Positions 26,818 to 40,355 of a stretch of DNA of 64,000 nucleotides are shown in pieces. Position 1 is the stretch's first letter, and each line of letters begins with the position of its first letter. The position numbers and the translations under genes are program-made. The notes below the pieces were generated by a model. It was not told the DNA's origin. It did not search any database and saw only the letters and a program-made list of their open reading frames with translations. The stretch is from Podarcis bocagei. Its lineage: Eukaryota. The DNA is taken from the NCBI GenBank assembly GCA_964188305.1, contig OZ076892.1; one strand, 5' to 3'.

Positions 26818-27156
26818 AAAGGTAAAGGTAAAGGGACCCCTGACCATTAGGTCCAGTCGTGACCGACTCTGGGGTTGCGGCGCTCATCTCGCTTTATTGG
26901 CCGAGGGAGCCGGCGTACAGCTTCCGGGTCATGTGGCCAGCATGACTAAGCCACTTCTGGCGAACCAGAGCAGTACATGGAAACGCCGTTTACCTTCTCG
27001 CCGGAAGGTACCTATTTATCTACTTGCACTTTGACGTGCTTTCGAACTGCTAGGTTGGCAGGAGCAGGGACTGAGGAACGGGAGCTCACCCCGTCGTGCG
27101 GATTCAAACCGCCTTCTGATTGGCAAGTCCTAGGCACTGTGGTTTAACCCGCGTCC
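26818..27156 (-). mobile_element. Sauria SINE
   Basis: (ACCTTT)n tail seen as AAAGGTAAAGGTAAAGGG; reverse complement of the copies at 58266 and 60215. Confidence 0.88.
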
Positions 27157-28884
27157 TGACCATGACTGTTAGGGCTGTGTAATTCTATGGACGGACAAAT
27201 GTAATTGAATTTCACACATGTCATTGAACAGACAAAAACAAAAAGAGGATTAGGCAGAGACTATAACCAGGAAACCACAGATCTGAGGGGCAAGATGTGT
27301 GTTACATTACTCATTTAAGTCCATGTTTAAGTGCAGGTATTTTGTTTTTGTTTTTTTAATGGATCATAACCCTAGTGTGGAAGACAGAGGACTTATCCTC
27401 CCTCCACTCAGGCTACAGGTCCAGTCTGAATAGACATGCCTGAAATTTGCATTGATGAAAAGTGCCCTAGTGAAAGAAATTTGGCTGACAAATTATAGCA
27501 ATAATACGAATTAGTACTTTCTGACTCCTGGCTTATCCTCCAGGTCAGACACCCAGCTCTGACTCTGGCCTTCAGCCTGTGACATGTTGTTTGACTGTGG
27601 GGATTCAGTCTGCACAGCTGATGCCACAGAGAAGACGTGGGGAACCTCAGGCTCTCCAGGCCTTTTGATATGACCGTCAGACCTCTCCCCAGGCCACACA
27701 CCACTCACTGGCCCTGCTTCACACCCCAAACATTTTTGCCTGGCTGTAATATGTCGTTGAATTCTAACAATGCCGCTGTCTAGATGGAAACAGTGTGTGA
27801 TTGTATGTCAAAATTAGCTCACTGCACAAAGATGGCATTAGCATTAGTTGTTCTTCCCCGCTCTGAAAGAAAAGTTAAGAACCTAGCTATCAAGCATTCC
27901 AAGGCTATCTATGTACACAGCACTTACTTGACATCATATGCTAAGTTTTGTTTGATATTGTTGGATTTGATTGGGGAGAAAAAAATATCAAAAGGTGCCA
28001 AGTTGCTTCTTGTCACTCAAACACCCAAGCTGCTTAATCCAGGCTCGATTGGAAGGATTAATACATGAATTCTTGATTGAAGCACTATGTAAAAACTATA
28101 TTGGAAGAAGACTTTGGCTTTGCTCCAAAAGAAACCAATCATGGGGAACTTCACAAAGATTTACAGCCATCCTTTCTCTGGAAAGACTTAAGTGCAATAA
28201 GGAAAAATGCTATGAAAAAGAGAGAGGGAGAATATTATAACAGAAGTTGGAAAGCCTACAAGTAATTTGCTGTCTTGGAATATTACTTCCAGTTGCTGAC
28301 ATGGGGAAAGGTGTATAAAAGGGATAGCCATGTCGTAAAATTCGGTAACCAAGTTTATTCTTTAATATAAAAGACACGAATATCCAGCAACATCTGGGGC
28401 ATTCTTGGGAATGAGGGGGAGAAAGACAAGCTTCTGGATGTAGCTGCTGTACTCTGCCAACACCAGCAGTGCCACAAAGAGCGAACTGAAATCAACAAAA
28501 ATATGACATGCACGTGCGGGTATGTTTAGGATAGGGAACAAAAAGTGGAGAACCTATTCCTTTCTCATAATACTAGACTAGGAGTATGAAGTTGAATTTT
28601 GGGAGATTCAGGACAGACAAAGGGAAGTGCTTCGTCACACAGCACATACTTGAACTACAAAATTTGCTGTCACAATATATATAGTATGGCCACCAACTCG
28701 GACAGTTTTAAAATGGATTTAGAGATATCCATGGCTCTCAATGGCTATGAGTCAAGATGCAGTAAAGCCACATCCACACCATATGTTTAAAGCATCCTAA
28801 TACCTATTTGACAGCCATAGCTTCCTCCAAAGAATCCTGGGAACTATAGTTTGCAAAGGATGCTAAAAGTTATTAGAAAACCCC

Positions 28885-30976
28885 CCTGAGACTTCCGGGG
28901 TGGCGCCATCGTCAATGGCGGACTCCCTCTGAACTGGAGGGACTAGCTCTGCATGAAACGGGTCTTTTCCGCTACAGCGAAGCGGGGACCCAGCTAAAAA
29001 TCACAGGCGGATGAAGCCTGTGACCATGGGACTCGGCGGGCACCCTTAGCGCCCCCCCAACCCGCAAAGGAACCCACTAACGGGCTCCGAAGTGAAGAGG
29101 GGGAAGTGGCGCGGTGCTGTGAGTCAACTGCTATTTTCGTGGAGCGAAGCCGCACAGCCGTTGCCGGAGAGCACTGCCTTTTTCCTGGGACAATTTGGCT
29201 TCTAAAATAAGCACCCGTGAGTACTTAAACTTTGAACAATCGGACTTTAAATAAGGACTTGCGAAAAGAAAGGAATTGGACTTAAAAATTTATGTTAATT
29301 TGGTACTGAAACGGGAAGGTCTAAACAGGAAGTCAGCCTTCCGTTTCTTTGTAGACAGAATAAAGCAAAGGCAACATAAACTAGAGCTCAGAAAATCGCT
29401 TCTAAAGGATTGGCTTTCATCATTTAAAACTGTTGAACCCCCCTTCGGTAGCAGGAGAAGAAGGGGGATCTTTTTTGGACTGTTTAAACCTGCAGAAGTG
29501 AGTTTAAAGCAAAGTAACTTTCCACCGTCCTGATCCTGGAGCGGGGTGTCAGGACTGACGTTTTGAAGCTCATTGACCAGAGACAAACGTTTTTGACAGA
29601 TAGTTAAAGGAGGAGAAACATAGTGATTCCATTGCTTCCTTTCGCACTTTAAAGGAACAAATATTGACAAAATATCTCAAAAAAGATACTTTGTTGCAAG
29701 AACAAATAGAAGTTCTCCCCCTAGAGGGAGACTATGAAACTGTAACTAATTTCAGGGAGCTTGCAGCTGCCTCAGATTACAATCGTGGGAAAGGACTTGT
29801 GACCTTGTGGGACAATGTATCCAGAGGCTCTGCTGTGTGCTCTCTGTAAAACAAGTACCCTACTGGAACAGTTAAGTGAGAAGATGGAATTGATGACTAA
29901 TGCGGCCAGAATTTTTGAACAGGCAGTGGGAAACTATGTGGAGCCCACCCAGGAATTAGATCAGGAGTGTGTCCTGACAGAGCTGATGAGAGAAGAGGAT
30001 GTTGCCGAATCTTGGGCGCCAGAGATGGAGGGAGCTGCGGCCTTGCAGGAACAAGAGTTTTTGGACTTGACAAATGAACTTGGAAAAAGCCAGATTTGGA
30101 AAGATAAAGTTTGGATTGGTTTGGAAATGGGGGGTTGGATAGACCCCCCTATGCAGGGATGTTTGGACTTTCCGAGTCTGGCAATGGGCCGTGAGATGCT
30201 AGGAGCTGTGGGGGCTCTCAATTTTGGAGGGATTCTGAAATATCTTCTTAAATACCACATGGAGTTGAGTCTGGACTATGGAAAAGGGGCTGATTTGTTG
30301 AAAAGGGTCAAAAACATCATCAAGCTGGAGTTCCCACGAGTGAAAGGAGAATATGAAGAAGAGCTGCGGAAGGGACATGGAAGAGATTTAAGGGCCTCGG
30401 ATGTAAGGTTGCCAGGTTAATGCGCCAGATTGATGGGATAAAAAGGACTGACAAAACCCGGGACCAGGAGGAAGGGACGCTGGATGAAGATTGGATTGTT
30501 TTTATTTCTTTTTTTATTATCAGGATTGTTTTATAAAATTGATGAATGTTAGAAAAATGTTGGAATTAAATCATTTGGCTCTAGCAAAAATGTTTAAAGA
30601 ATTAGGCAAGAATATTATGGTTGTGAGAAGTTGGTAAAAATAAGATTTAAGTTTTAAGGTTTTAAGGTTTTCTATAAGATAAGATGAAAATAGATTAAGA
30701 TAATGTAATGACAGAATACTATGAAATATGGAAAGGATTTGCTGCATAATTAATAACCAGGATACAAAAAAAGGGAGAAGGAGGAGGTCAAAGAAAGAAG
30801 GTAATGAGACTTGAGGATTTGAGAATGATGGATTTATTTTTGTTGGTCTGCGGTGTATTTTTGTTTTTTTAATGTGGTTTTTTTCCTTAGTTTTTTCTAT
30901 TTTCCTTTTCTGCTTTGTTTTTTCTTTGCAATTTCAAAATTTTTAATAAATATCATATTAAAAATAAAAATAAAAA
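28885..30976 (+). mobile_element. 2.1-kb non-autonomous L1-like retroposed element
   Basis: TSD AAAAGTTATTAGAAAACCCC (28865-28884 / 30978-30997); CpG-rich 5' end starting GAGACTTCCGG; AATAAA at 30945-30950 then an (AAAAAT)n tail; no RT. It interrupts an older repeat related to 49540-49760. Confidence 0.85.
29815..30420 (+). CDS. Hypothetical 201-aa acidic ORF inside the retroposed element
   Basis: ATG-initiated, sense to the element, and the longest listed ORF outside the Gypsy element. No recognisable domain; the N-terminus looks helical. Confidence 0.35.
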   Translation: MYPEALLCALCKTSTLLEQLSEKMELMTNAARIFEQAVGNYVEPTQELDQECVLTELMREEDVAESWAPEMEGAAALQEQEFLDLTNELGKSQIWKDKVWIGLEMGGWIDPPMQGCLDFPSLAMGREMLGAVGALNFGGILKYLLKYHMELSLDYGKGADLLKRVKNIIKLEFPRVKGEYEEELRKGHGRDLRASDVRLPG

Positions 30977-33900
30977 TAAAAGTTATTAGAAAACCCCTAT
31001 TCCCCTCAGAGATGTTACAATTCCCAGAGTTTCCTGGAAATAGGGATTGGTTGTTAAACTACTCTGCTTTAGAAGACACCTCCATCTCCCCAACTCCAGA
31101 ACTTTTAGATTCTCTGGAGGTGCAGTCCAAGCCAAGACTGTCACCCTGGCTCCATCCCTTCCTCACAGGCAATCCTATGCACTTTTACCCAGAAGCTGGT
31201 TCAGCTGGGGGCTTACTCTCACCTAATTGCATAAGATAGCAGCCTGCAAGCCCACTGACACAGAATCAAAATGCCACTGAGTTCAACCGGCTGTAGTTCT
31301 TGTCCTGTCAGTGGGTAGTTTGGCTTCCCTGCTGCTGTTGTGCACTCGCTTGCATAGGCGTTAGCCCCTGTTGAACCCAGTGGCTCTTTACTTCTGAATA
31401 AATGTGAATAGGCTTGGCTTAGAGCCGATCACATCCTTCTGGCATTTAGCCCTCCTATCTCTCCTTTGCAGTTTTTTTGCATCCCACGCCTATAACTGCT
31501 CCTAATCCTTCCCAAATCCTCTTCTCTCCCTGACCCATCCTTTCCATTCCACCCTTTGGAAGTGGCAGTGGCCCATTCATCAGGAGGGGAAGAAGCGGGT
31601 GTGTAGTTTGGGGTGGGGAGGGGGAAGAGTGAAAAAGAAAGAGGTAGTAAGGATCAGGAAAGTGTTGCTCCTCCTCCACACAATGGCTTCCATAGCTGCT
31701 GAAGGTTCGTGGACACTCCCCCTGCTGCAAAAATACACCATCTCTCTATTTCCTTTTGCTCCTTTGCATTCTTGCCCAAGGAACTAAATACCACTTGCAC
31801 ATGGCAGCCTCTGAAAATGTTTCTGCCCTTCTTCATAGAGCTTCCTATGGAGCTGCCCCTGACATCTTGGCCAGAATGTCTGCTGCCAGCAGACAGGCTT
31901 CTCTCTGGCCACCTTGGCTCCCACACTCCCTTCTCTCACTGATGTGCACACACACCTGTCCAAGCTCTTCCCTTATCTGCCTGCCGCAAGAGTGCTAGCG
32001 TGACGACAGCCTTACATTTTTATGTATATAGGGTGTGTGTATTTCTTGTGTTATGGTCTCTATCCAGGGCACACAGATGCCATCTCCTTTGCTCTAGAGG
32101 CAAGGAACACCACTGTGCATCCCATAGCCTAATAAACTCTTTAATAAGAGCAATATAGCCACAATAATGAAAAAGATGATTACACTCTACATAAAAATAT
32201 AAAAGCTCATTTGAACCTTAAGCTCCCTGGGGTCCCATTACATGAAACTTTTATTTAAAATATAAAATCTCCTATCTAACATTTCATTTAAGGCCTTTGC
32301 TAACTTTAATATGAAATTTGTCTTCTGAGGAATATAATAAAGATGCAGAAACGGCTCACTGGCTCAGGAACTTAATAGTGGGGTTCTCCCGTGAATTTGA
32401 CAAGAATGTACATAACGGAGATCTGAGGGTCCATTGATCATCCTGCCAACCTAGCAGAGGTTCTCAGATATATAGGTCTACTCTATGCACATGGATTTTA
32501 GTGATATGCAATGCACATCTGCCAATGTATGATAGAGTAAAAATGGGCCTACGTGTAAAATGAATGATGCTTACTGATACATCTTGTATCCATTTAGAGA
32601 ACTGAGATTGCTGTTAACATATATGAACATTATTAAGAAGAATTAATTAAGAAGAATTAGGAAATTGAGCCAGCCCTGCAAGATCATATCAAAGGACCAT
32701 CCAATCCAGCATTCTGTTTCCATCAGCAAGAAGCTTGAAGTCGACAAGTAGAGTGTGATGACAGCATATCTCTCCCATGGTTGTTAGTATCCAGTATTCA
32801 GAGGTACACTGTCTTCAGACATGGGTGGTCTATTTAGCTACCAGAAATTAGCCCAATCCCTTTTAGAAGCCAATGAGCAGGCAATGGCAGGGCCTAGGCT
32901 AGGAGGTGTGCTCCCACCCCCTGTTCCCCACATTTGCCGTCACTCTAAAAGCAAGCCTCCAAAGTGGATTTTGGAGGGGAAGCTATAACTGCTAAAAGGC
33001 TATAAGAGTCATTTCAATGTATGGTGCAGGTAAAAGATATGGTGTAAAGTTTGATCATCTTCTGTTCTAGATGGAAGCTACAGGTATTGCTGATAGGAAC
33101 TCTAATTCCTGGAAGCAGGGAATGCAGCAAGATCCATGCATACCACAGAGCACCAATAGCATGCATGCACCAATGTTGCAGGCCAGGAGAGAACTCTTTA
33201 AAATATATTGTTTTCCTGGGTGATTGCCAGTCCTAGGTGTATTTAAGCAAACAGCCCATCAAGAGTGGCTCAATATGATCCACCAAAGTAAGAAACACTC
33301 ACTGTTGAACATGGATGAAAATATGTTTTTTAAAAAAATTAAGAAAAGCCCTACAATGCCCAGGCTTCTTTGGGAAAAGCCACGTTCAAGTGGTCTAAGA
33401 CTGCTTTAAATGTATGGCACAGATGTGACCTCTGAAACTCACTCACAATGCTGTGTCATTCTACTTAGGTATACAATCTTTGCATTAGCAGGCAATGCAA
33501 TGTCTCTTTCTTCCTGTATACTTTTAAAACATAAACGTAAACAACAACCCATAGGTTGCCAGAAAGACTTCCACCTTTAGTTGCCAGGACTGAGATGCAA
33601 ACCCAGGCTCGACGCGTTTTTCAGAAATAACACAAAGGATTTGTTGCATTCCTGTCAGTGTGTAGCTCCGCTGCAGGCGAGCGCTCGCCTTGTACCCAGC
33701 AAGCCAAGACATTAAATGGAGCCATGGTGCTTTTAATAACGTCTTTATGCACTTTCATGCCAAGACAGAAGATTTAGAATGTGCCTTAGCAGGTAAAGTG
33801 CATTAGGAAATCCATCTGGGAGGTTTAGCAAGGTAAATGTGGTAAAGCAAAGCAATTGGAAACTACCCTTTGTGTATAAATCACAGTTTGCCTGGTCCAG

Positions 33901-34896
33901 TATTACAAGAGTGCCAGTGTTCATTCCTGCCAAGAGGAGAAAAGTTTAGTTGCCTTTTATGGAGGGAGGGATGTTTACATCAGGAGGAGGAGGAGGAATG
34001 ATTTAGTGGAAGCTTGCATTCCCCCCATCGCATGAATTCAGTGGAATGGATATCCTCTCCAGACATGGATGATGTCTCTTGTTGGCTTTCCAGAGTTGCT
34101 GCCACTGTACAAAGTGGAGTGCCATCTTCAGGGGCACACAGCTGGCTGGGAATGTTTTACCGCAACCGTCTCTGCACAGACATCCAGTTTCCTCCCATCA
34201 ATGCTTGCTTTTACTTTACGAGCCAGAACTGGGTTGATTTTGTGAGTGGCTACACAGAAATCTGGAAGTTGCAGAAATTTTTCATATGTCTTCCTGGTCC
34301 TTTTTAACTAGGAGGAATGTCCATTTGGTTCATTAACCTTGTGAGTTTCAGTCGATTAATTGAATACATTTGCATATGAGTAAAACAATAATACTGAATG
34401 GGAAAATGCAGGCTCAAGAACATAAAGAGAGCCTTGCTGGCTCAAGGGAAAGGCCCATCTCTTCCAGCACCCTGCATTTCCCCAGCAACTGATATCAGTG
34501 GCACGTTGAGTTATATTTGGTGTTACGCCAACTCAGGGAAGACCCATTGATGTCTATGGACATAGCTAACTTAGATACCTTAATTTCAGTGGGTCTACCC
34601 TAACTAGGGATGTTGGAAAATTCTGATGAAAACTGAAATGGGAGCAGAAATTGCTGGCTTTGCTTATTTGTCCCATGTCCCCAATGGAAATCAATCTGGC
34701 AAATGCAATTGGTATTCACTTTTGTTGCTTTCAGTCCACAAACGATGCACAATTGATTATGCTTTCCCCCATTTGCATTGCATTCCCTTTGCAATGAAAT
34801 GAATGGGGTGGAATTGCACAGTGACAGTGTATGTTAGCTGCTGCAACTGACTTCCTCCAACATTGAAGGTACTACAGAGCCATCATGGCTAGTAGC

Positions 34897-35056
34897 CAGT
34901 GCTTTTTTTCTGGGGGGATGCAGGGGTATGCATGCCCCTAAACATTTTGTGACTCTTTGTACTTTTGTCCATTATTTTCCCCGAATTGAACTATAAAATG
35001 GTGATTTCCTTGAGTCAAAATGAGAGTACCCCTAAACATTATTTTTTAAAGCACAG
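34897..35056. mobile_element. hAT MITE (CAGTGCTTT termini)
   Basis: Homologous, in opposite orientation, to 49272-49424 and 52670-52845. Confidence 0.75.
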
Positions 35057-35596
35057 TTAGAAGCCATACTTCATTTTAGAGGATGTGTACATGTGTAGTA
35101 GCAGATATCCTCTTAGAAGAAGTTGTGTCACAACTGACCACTGCACTCTGCAGGAGAGAGCCCCCTGCAGATACCATAATTGGTCTGTTTCATATGATGT
35201 AGGAATCGGTGTGGTGGCACCTACCCTTTGGTACTCCTTCCCATTACAAATCAGACAGTGGCCAATTCTATTGGCTTTCGGATGCCTACCAAATACCTTC
35301 CATTTTTTAAACAAGCCTATTAAGTGGAGTTCTTATTTATTTATTACCTGTGGTGTCCGTATTGAATTTGAATGGTTTTAATATATGCTTTTTATGGTCA
35401 AATCAGTTTGGGATGTTGCATGGGAAGTGATTCATAAGTGACATGAAGTGACATCTTCTGCATGAGCAAGAAGAGGAAATCATGTTCTTAAGGGTCAAAC
35501 CAGGCAATGTGTAAAATGGATGATCACACTACATGTATCTCTGTGATGGCTATGATCTCCTGAAATGGTCAAAGGCAGTGTGCCTCCAAACATTCT

Positions 35597-35643
35597 CCCT
35601 TCCTTCCTTCCTTCCTTCCTTCCTTCCTTCCTTCCTTCCTTCC
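35597..35643 (+). repeat. (CCTT)n microsatellite
   Basis: Direct reading. Confidence 0.95.
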
Positions 35644-35694
35644 TAAGCTGCCCTTCATCTGAGGATCACAGGGCTGCTTACAATTTAAATACTA

Positions 35695-36148
35695 GTTGCT
35701 GGGCAGCAAAACTGAGGAGGAGCACACCATACTTACTTGTGAGTCGAGGTCCCGTTCCCTGCTTGGTGATGAAATAAGACACATGGACACAAGTATTTAG
35801 GTTAATGGGCTAAAAAGAGGCCACAACTTTATTGGTTACAGAATGTGAGTGGTATTGGCTTAGGCATTGGATCTGAACAGGCTAAACCACGCCCCCCCCC
35901 TGTGAGCCGGATTGGCTGGCTGAGGGGCATGACGCAGGCCCAGGGCTCCAGTGACTGGGGGGGGGCTAGCCACCCCCCCCGTGACCGCGGGAAGCGATTC
36001 CCGCTCACAACCCCTCCCCTCTGGGAAAAGGAGAGGCTTTGTGTGCTTTCCTGCTTGGTCACTATGAGAACGGGATGCTGGGCTATGAGAATGGGATGCT
36101 GAATTACCCTCTGGAGGGCATTGCAAGGAGTCTTCTTATGTCCTTACA
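35695..36148 (-). mobile_element. Probable solo LTR (ERV-like)
   Basis: The minus strand starts TGTAAGGA, has a GC/CpG-rich middle with CCAAT motifs and AATAAA near 35828-35833, and is about 450 bp long. No clean TSD found. Confidence 0.5.
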
Positions 36149-38113
36149 AATTATTGATGCCCAATAATATTGACTCCAAAGCTGGACCTGCTTCCATGTT
36201 GGGGCTCAGCTTCTGTCTGCATACAGCACCTTTTCCTCCAACTTATACGGAGCGACTGTGGAACCTCTGTGCTTCCTAAAAGATATGTGCATGTGCGTGA
36301 AGCTAATTATATCCAGCGCTTTTTATCTTGGAAAAAAGGTGCCAGTACTCACCATGAAGTTGTTACAGTAAGTGACACACTTTTAAACCACAAAAAGATG
36401 CCAGTGCTGCGTACCCTTGAGTACCCCCTGAAAACTCCCCACTGATTATATCTCTTCTATGTTTAGGAAGGGTGTGTGTCTCCTTCAGTTCCACTTCTCT
36501 TATCTTATGCTGTTATTATCTTATGCTAAACATCATGTGCTGAAGTGGAGCCCATTTTATGGGCCCACAAAACCACTGCAATGGTGTACATTATTATCAG
36601 CTGAAAGTCAGCCAAAATGACCTATAAACAATCATGAGAGTTGTTTTGCCTAAAGTGGGAGCATTGTACCTTAAAAAAATAATAACACTCTACAATATTG
36701 CTCTGTTTAATAAATCCTAGAAGCGGGGCGAGATACTTTACCATGCCTGTTCTCTTAAGCAGCCATTGACTGGAAGTGGTCATAAAAGAAACAAAGAGTA
36801 CACTCGCCTTGTTAATATAATTTGCATTACATATTCATAAACCGTTTTATAAACTCCAAAAATTCAATTGTACTGAAAGTGCATAATGGTCGAGCAACCA
36901 TACTGAAAACAGGCAGCCTGTTCCAGAATTAACGGCACAATGAATGAAATGCTCTGTCTATAATAAACCCATTCAGATATAAATTATGGGAGAGTAGATG
37001 AAATGTTTGTTGAGCAATAAAGCTTGCAGCCGTACATGTGGAATTGAATGGGATTTATCATAAAATATTGTGGGAGAGACGGCCTAAAATACTTGTTACA
37101 AATTGACTGAATTAAATTTTATCCAAGCACACTTTGGGGATGCTGAAATTTTAGGAAATGAACCCATAAGTTATTTAGTTAAGATGACCCAGTGTCTCCT
37201 GGGACCAAGAAGAGGGGGAGGGTTGCAGCAATGGTGCCTTAATTTCACCCTCCTAAATTTGTCAGATAAACTGTCTCCCTGCTGGAGACTGTTGGACAGA
37301 ACAGAGTTGGAATGGAACAGATGGAAGCTGGCAGAAGAATATTTGGTTGCTACATTTCCTTGAGAGATGTCTGTCCCAGTAAGACATACATACCTGCCAA
37401 AATATCCTGTGCAGCAGTTCCCAAGCACTCAACAGCCTGTTGAAACCTTGGGAACCTCTTGAGCCCAAGTGGGGCATGGTTGACCTCTTTGCATCAGCTG
37501 ATGGGTAGAGAGGTCAATCCTGCTCTCTGCAGCATTCAGGTGTGGAAGTGACCTACCCATTGGAGCGCCCCACTTTCTGCAGCGATCCACTCCCCACATC
37601 CATCAGCTGACCTCACGCACCTATCAGGGTAATGTCACTTGATTGACATGTGGGTGTTGGCCAGATTGAAGCTCCTGCTGGGCCAAGATTGGCTCACAGG
37701 CCAGGCGTTCTGCAGCCCTGTTCTATTTACATATCCCCACCATAACATACAAAGGAGATACAAGGAGCAGGATAGCCTAAGAATATTGTCATTTCCATTG
37801 TTTTGGAAGCAAAAGCTTACTAAAATCAGAGCAGTGCATAATATTTTATTTTTAGCATAAAAACATTACACAATAGATACTGTTTTTGTTTTTAAAAAAG
37901 CTGGATGGGTTTCCTTTAGCACAGTCTTTCCAGTTTTTAATACCGGTAACTTGTTATCAAATAAATTAACTGATATTTTAATATACTTACATTTTAAATA
38001 ACACAAATACAAAAGGGTTCAGGCATGCCCCCATGCTTTGGAAGAAATGCTGTCTCACCCACCCCACTGCTGAAGAGCCCGGGGCTTAATTGCAATCTCT
38101 TTGTAACCTAAGG

Positions 38114-39725
38114 CCACCAGGAAGCCGGACCGCTTGCTTATAGGGTAACCAAACTAATGAGACATGAATGCAAGTCTAAACATTTTGTTCAGTTAGAAGA
38201 GGCCAGGAAGGCTGCAAGCATCCAGAAGTCACATACGCCCAAGGTCAAGTGTCTAAAGCAGTTTAATCCAGCCCCTGTGGCAGTTTATTTCCTGGGGTAA
38301 AAATCCTTTAAAAAAGCTCAACAACTTCAGCCCTTCACTTCATCAAATCTGGACCTCTTTGAAAAGAGTTTGGACACCACTGGTCTAAAGTCTGCATATA
38401 TTTTGATGCTCTTGAAATCCTGCCCTTGAAACCTTACCAAAAAGTATTCCTCCTGATGTGAGGCAAGGCCATTAAGTGTTGCCACTTTGTGCAGTGGGAG
38501 AAAAGGAATCCCACCTAATACCAAACATACCAAACATCTTACACTTCCTCTAACAAAAAAAAAAAAAAAAAGCACCTCATCTGCTAGTTGTTCCCTTCAC
38601 TCTTGGGGCCATAAATGTGTCAGTTGTTGAAAAGATGTGAATGTCCTTATAAATGTATATAGGAGATAAGGCAGCTTGTAAAGGGTTTGGGTTCATGAAC
38701 TGTGTTGTTATATCACCCATTGTTTTGCTCTCATGAATAATGGATTCTTTTCCTTCCTGTACACATATTTCAATCAGATACCAGTTAAATTGGGATCAGG
38801 CGGCTTTGGGGAGCAGTGGGGTGGGGGGAGGTACTAAGTACTTTAGTTTAAACAAAAGCTGAAGTTTCAATAGGAGCACAACGTAAGTGCCAAGACTGTA
38901 CAACAGAAAACAGAAGCTTTTTGATGGGCATAATAGACTGATGGATATGCACAGGGATCCACAATTCTGCTTGTCATGTGCACCATGGCAAGTATTGCAA
39001 TACCCCCTATTGCAATAAACATAGGATCATGGAGTTGGACCGGACCTTGGATGCCATCTAGTCTAATGAAGGAGCCACAATGTGGGATGCAGCTACAGCA
39101 TCCCTGAGAGATGACTGTCGAGCTGCTCCTTAAATATTTCTGGCAAACCCTTTATAAGCTGCCTTATGTCCCATAGACATTTATAAGGACATTCATGTCT
39201 TTTCAACAAGATGTTGGTTAGAGGAAGTGTAAGATGCTTGGTAATAGGTGGGACTCCTTTTCTCCTGCTGTACGTAGTGGCAACACTTAATGGCCTTGCC
39301 TCGCATCAAAATGTTTAGACTTACAGTGGTGCCCCGCAAGACGAATGCCTCGCAAGACGGAAAACTCGCTAGACAAAAGAGTTTTCCGTTTTGGAGGTGC
39401 TTCGCAAAACGAATCTCCTATGGGCTTGCTTCGCAAGACGACAATGTCTTGCGAGTTCCTGCTGGTTTTTTCCCCTCCCCCCCTTTTCTAAGCCGCTAAG
39501 CCGCTTATCAGCTGATCCGATCAGCAGATAAGCCGCTAAAAGCCTCTAATAGCGCTAATAGCACTAATCCGCTAATCCTTCAATGGGCTTGCTTCGCAAG
39601 ACGAAAAAAACCGCTAGACGAAGAGAATTACAGAACGGATTCTTTTCGTCTTGCGAGGCACCACTGTACATTCATGTCTCATTAGTTTGGTTACCCTATA
39701 AGCAAGCCGACTGGCTTCCTGGTGG
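38114..39725. repeat. Long degenerate inverted repeat (possible foldback-type DNA element)
   Basis: 38114-38187 matches the reverse complement of 39669-39725 plus ~39306-39323; 38455-38555 matches 39215-39308; 38631-38689 matches 39144-39202. Confidence 0.75.
39324..39666. mobile_element. Tc1/mariner (Tigger-like) MITE
   Basis: TA-CAGTGGTGCCCCGCAAGACGAA ... TTCGTCTTGCGAGGCACCACTG-TA, with internal repeats of CGCAAGACG. Confidence 0.88.
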
Positions 39726-39945
39726 AGGGGATCACGGATCAGGGAGCAGAGTGAGCAGGGGTGGCAACATATGGAGAGCACTGTATTGACTACCCTACCA
39801 TAGCTGGGCCCTTAGATGAACAAATGCAGCTTTGCATAGCCACATTTCAGAATGTCCCAAAAACTTGAGTTGAGCACTATTGCTTCCCTCGAATATTCCC
39901 CCCGCATGTGAAAACATTCTGTTGCAGATTGGTTCATGATGAAGG

Positions 39946-40353
39946 TGTCAGGGAACTGCCATCAGAGCATCAGGTGGTGGAGGGACTCAGGCAGGATGAA
40001 AGAGACTCAACTGCTGAAGCAGGGACCAGCAGGGGGAGGAGTGGGTCTCTGAGGGAATGCGAGCAGGAGGGAGGGCTCAGGGAGGCTTCCAGCGAGAACA
40101 GTGGGGAGGTATCGGAGTCTCCCATAGGGAGACCCATACCTCGCAGGAAACTGTCACGCCGTGAGTCCAGGAGACGCGTTTCCGTTAAGGAACTTCTTTG
40201 TTGGAAACGCTTCCGCAGACAGCCACTGTCGGACTCTACTAGTGACTAGAGCAGACATGTCTGAGGAGCTCCGTCACACACGGAGGTTTGTGGGGGCGCA
40301 CAAACTCTGAGGGAGCACGTTTTCACGCACAAGCAGCTAATCAAACCCTCACA
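39946..40353 (+). repeat. 5' LTR
   Basis: TGTCAGGG...CCCTCACA; no differences from the 3' LTR seen by eye. Confidence 0.97.
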
Positions 40354-40355
40354 GC

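Noticed and set aside
39908-40249. 113-aa ORF at the 5' LTR as a separate gene
   Set aside because: It is the 5' LTR copy of the Pol tail, opened by a chance GTG in flanking DNA.
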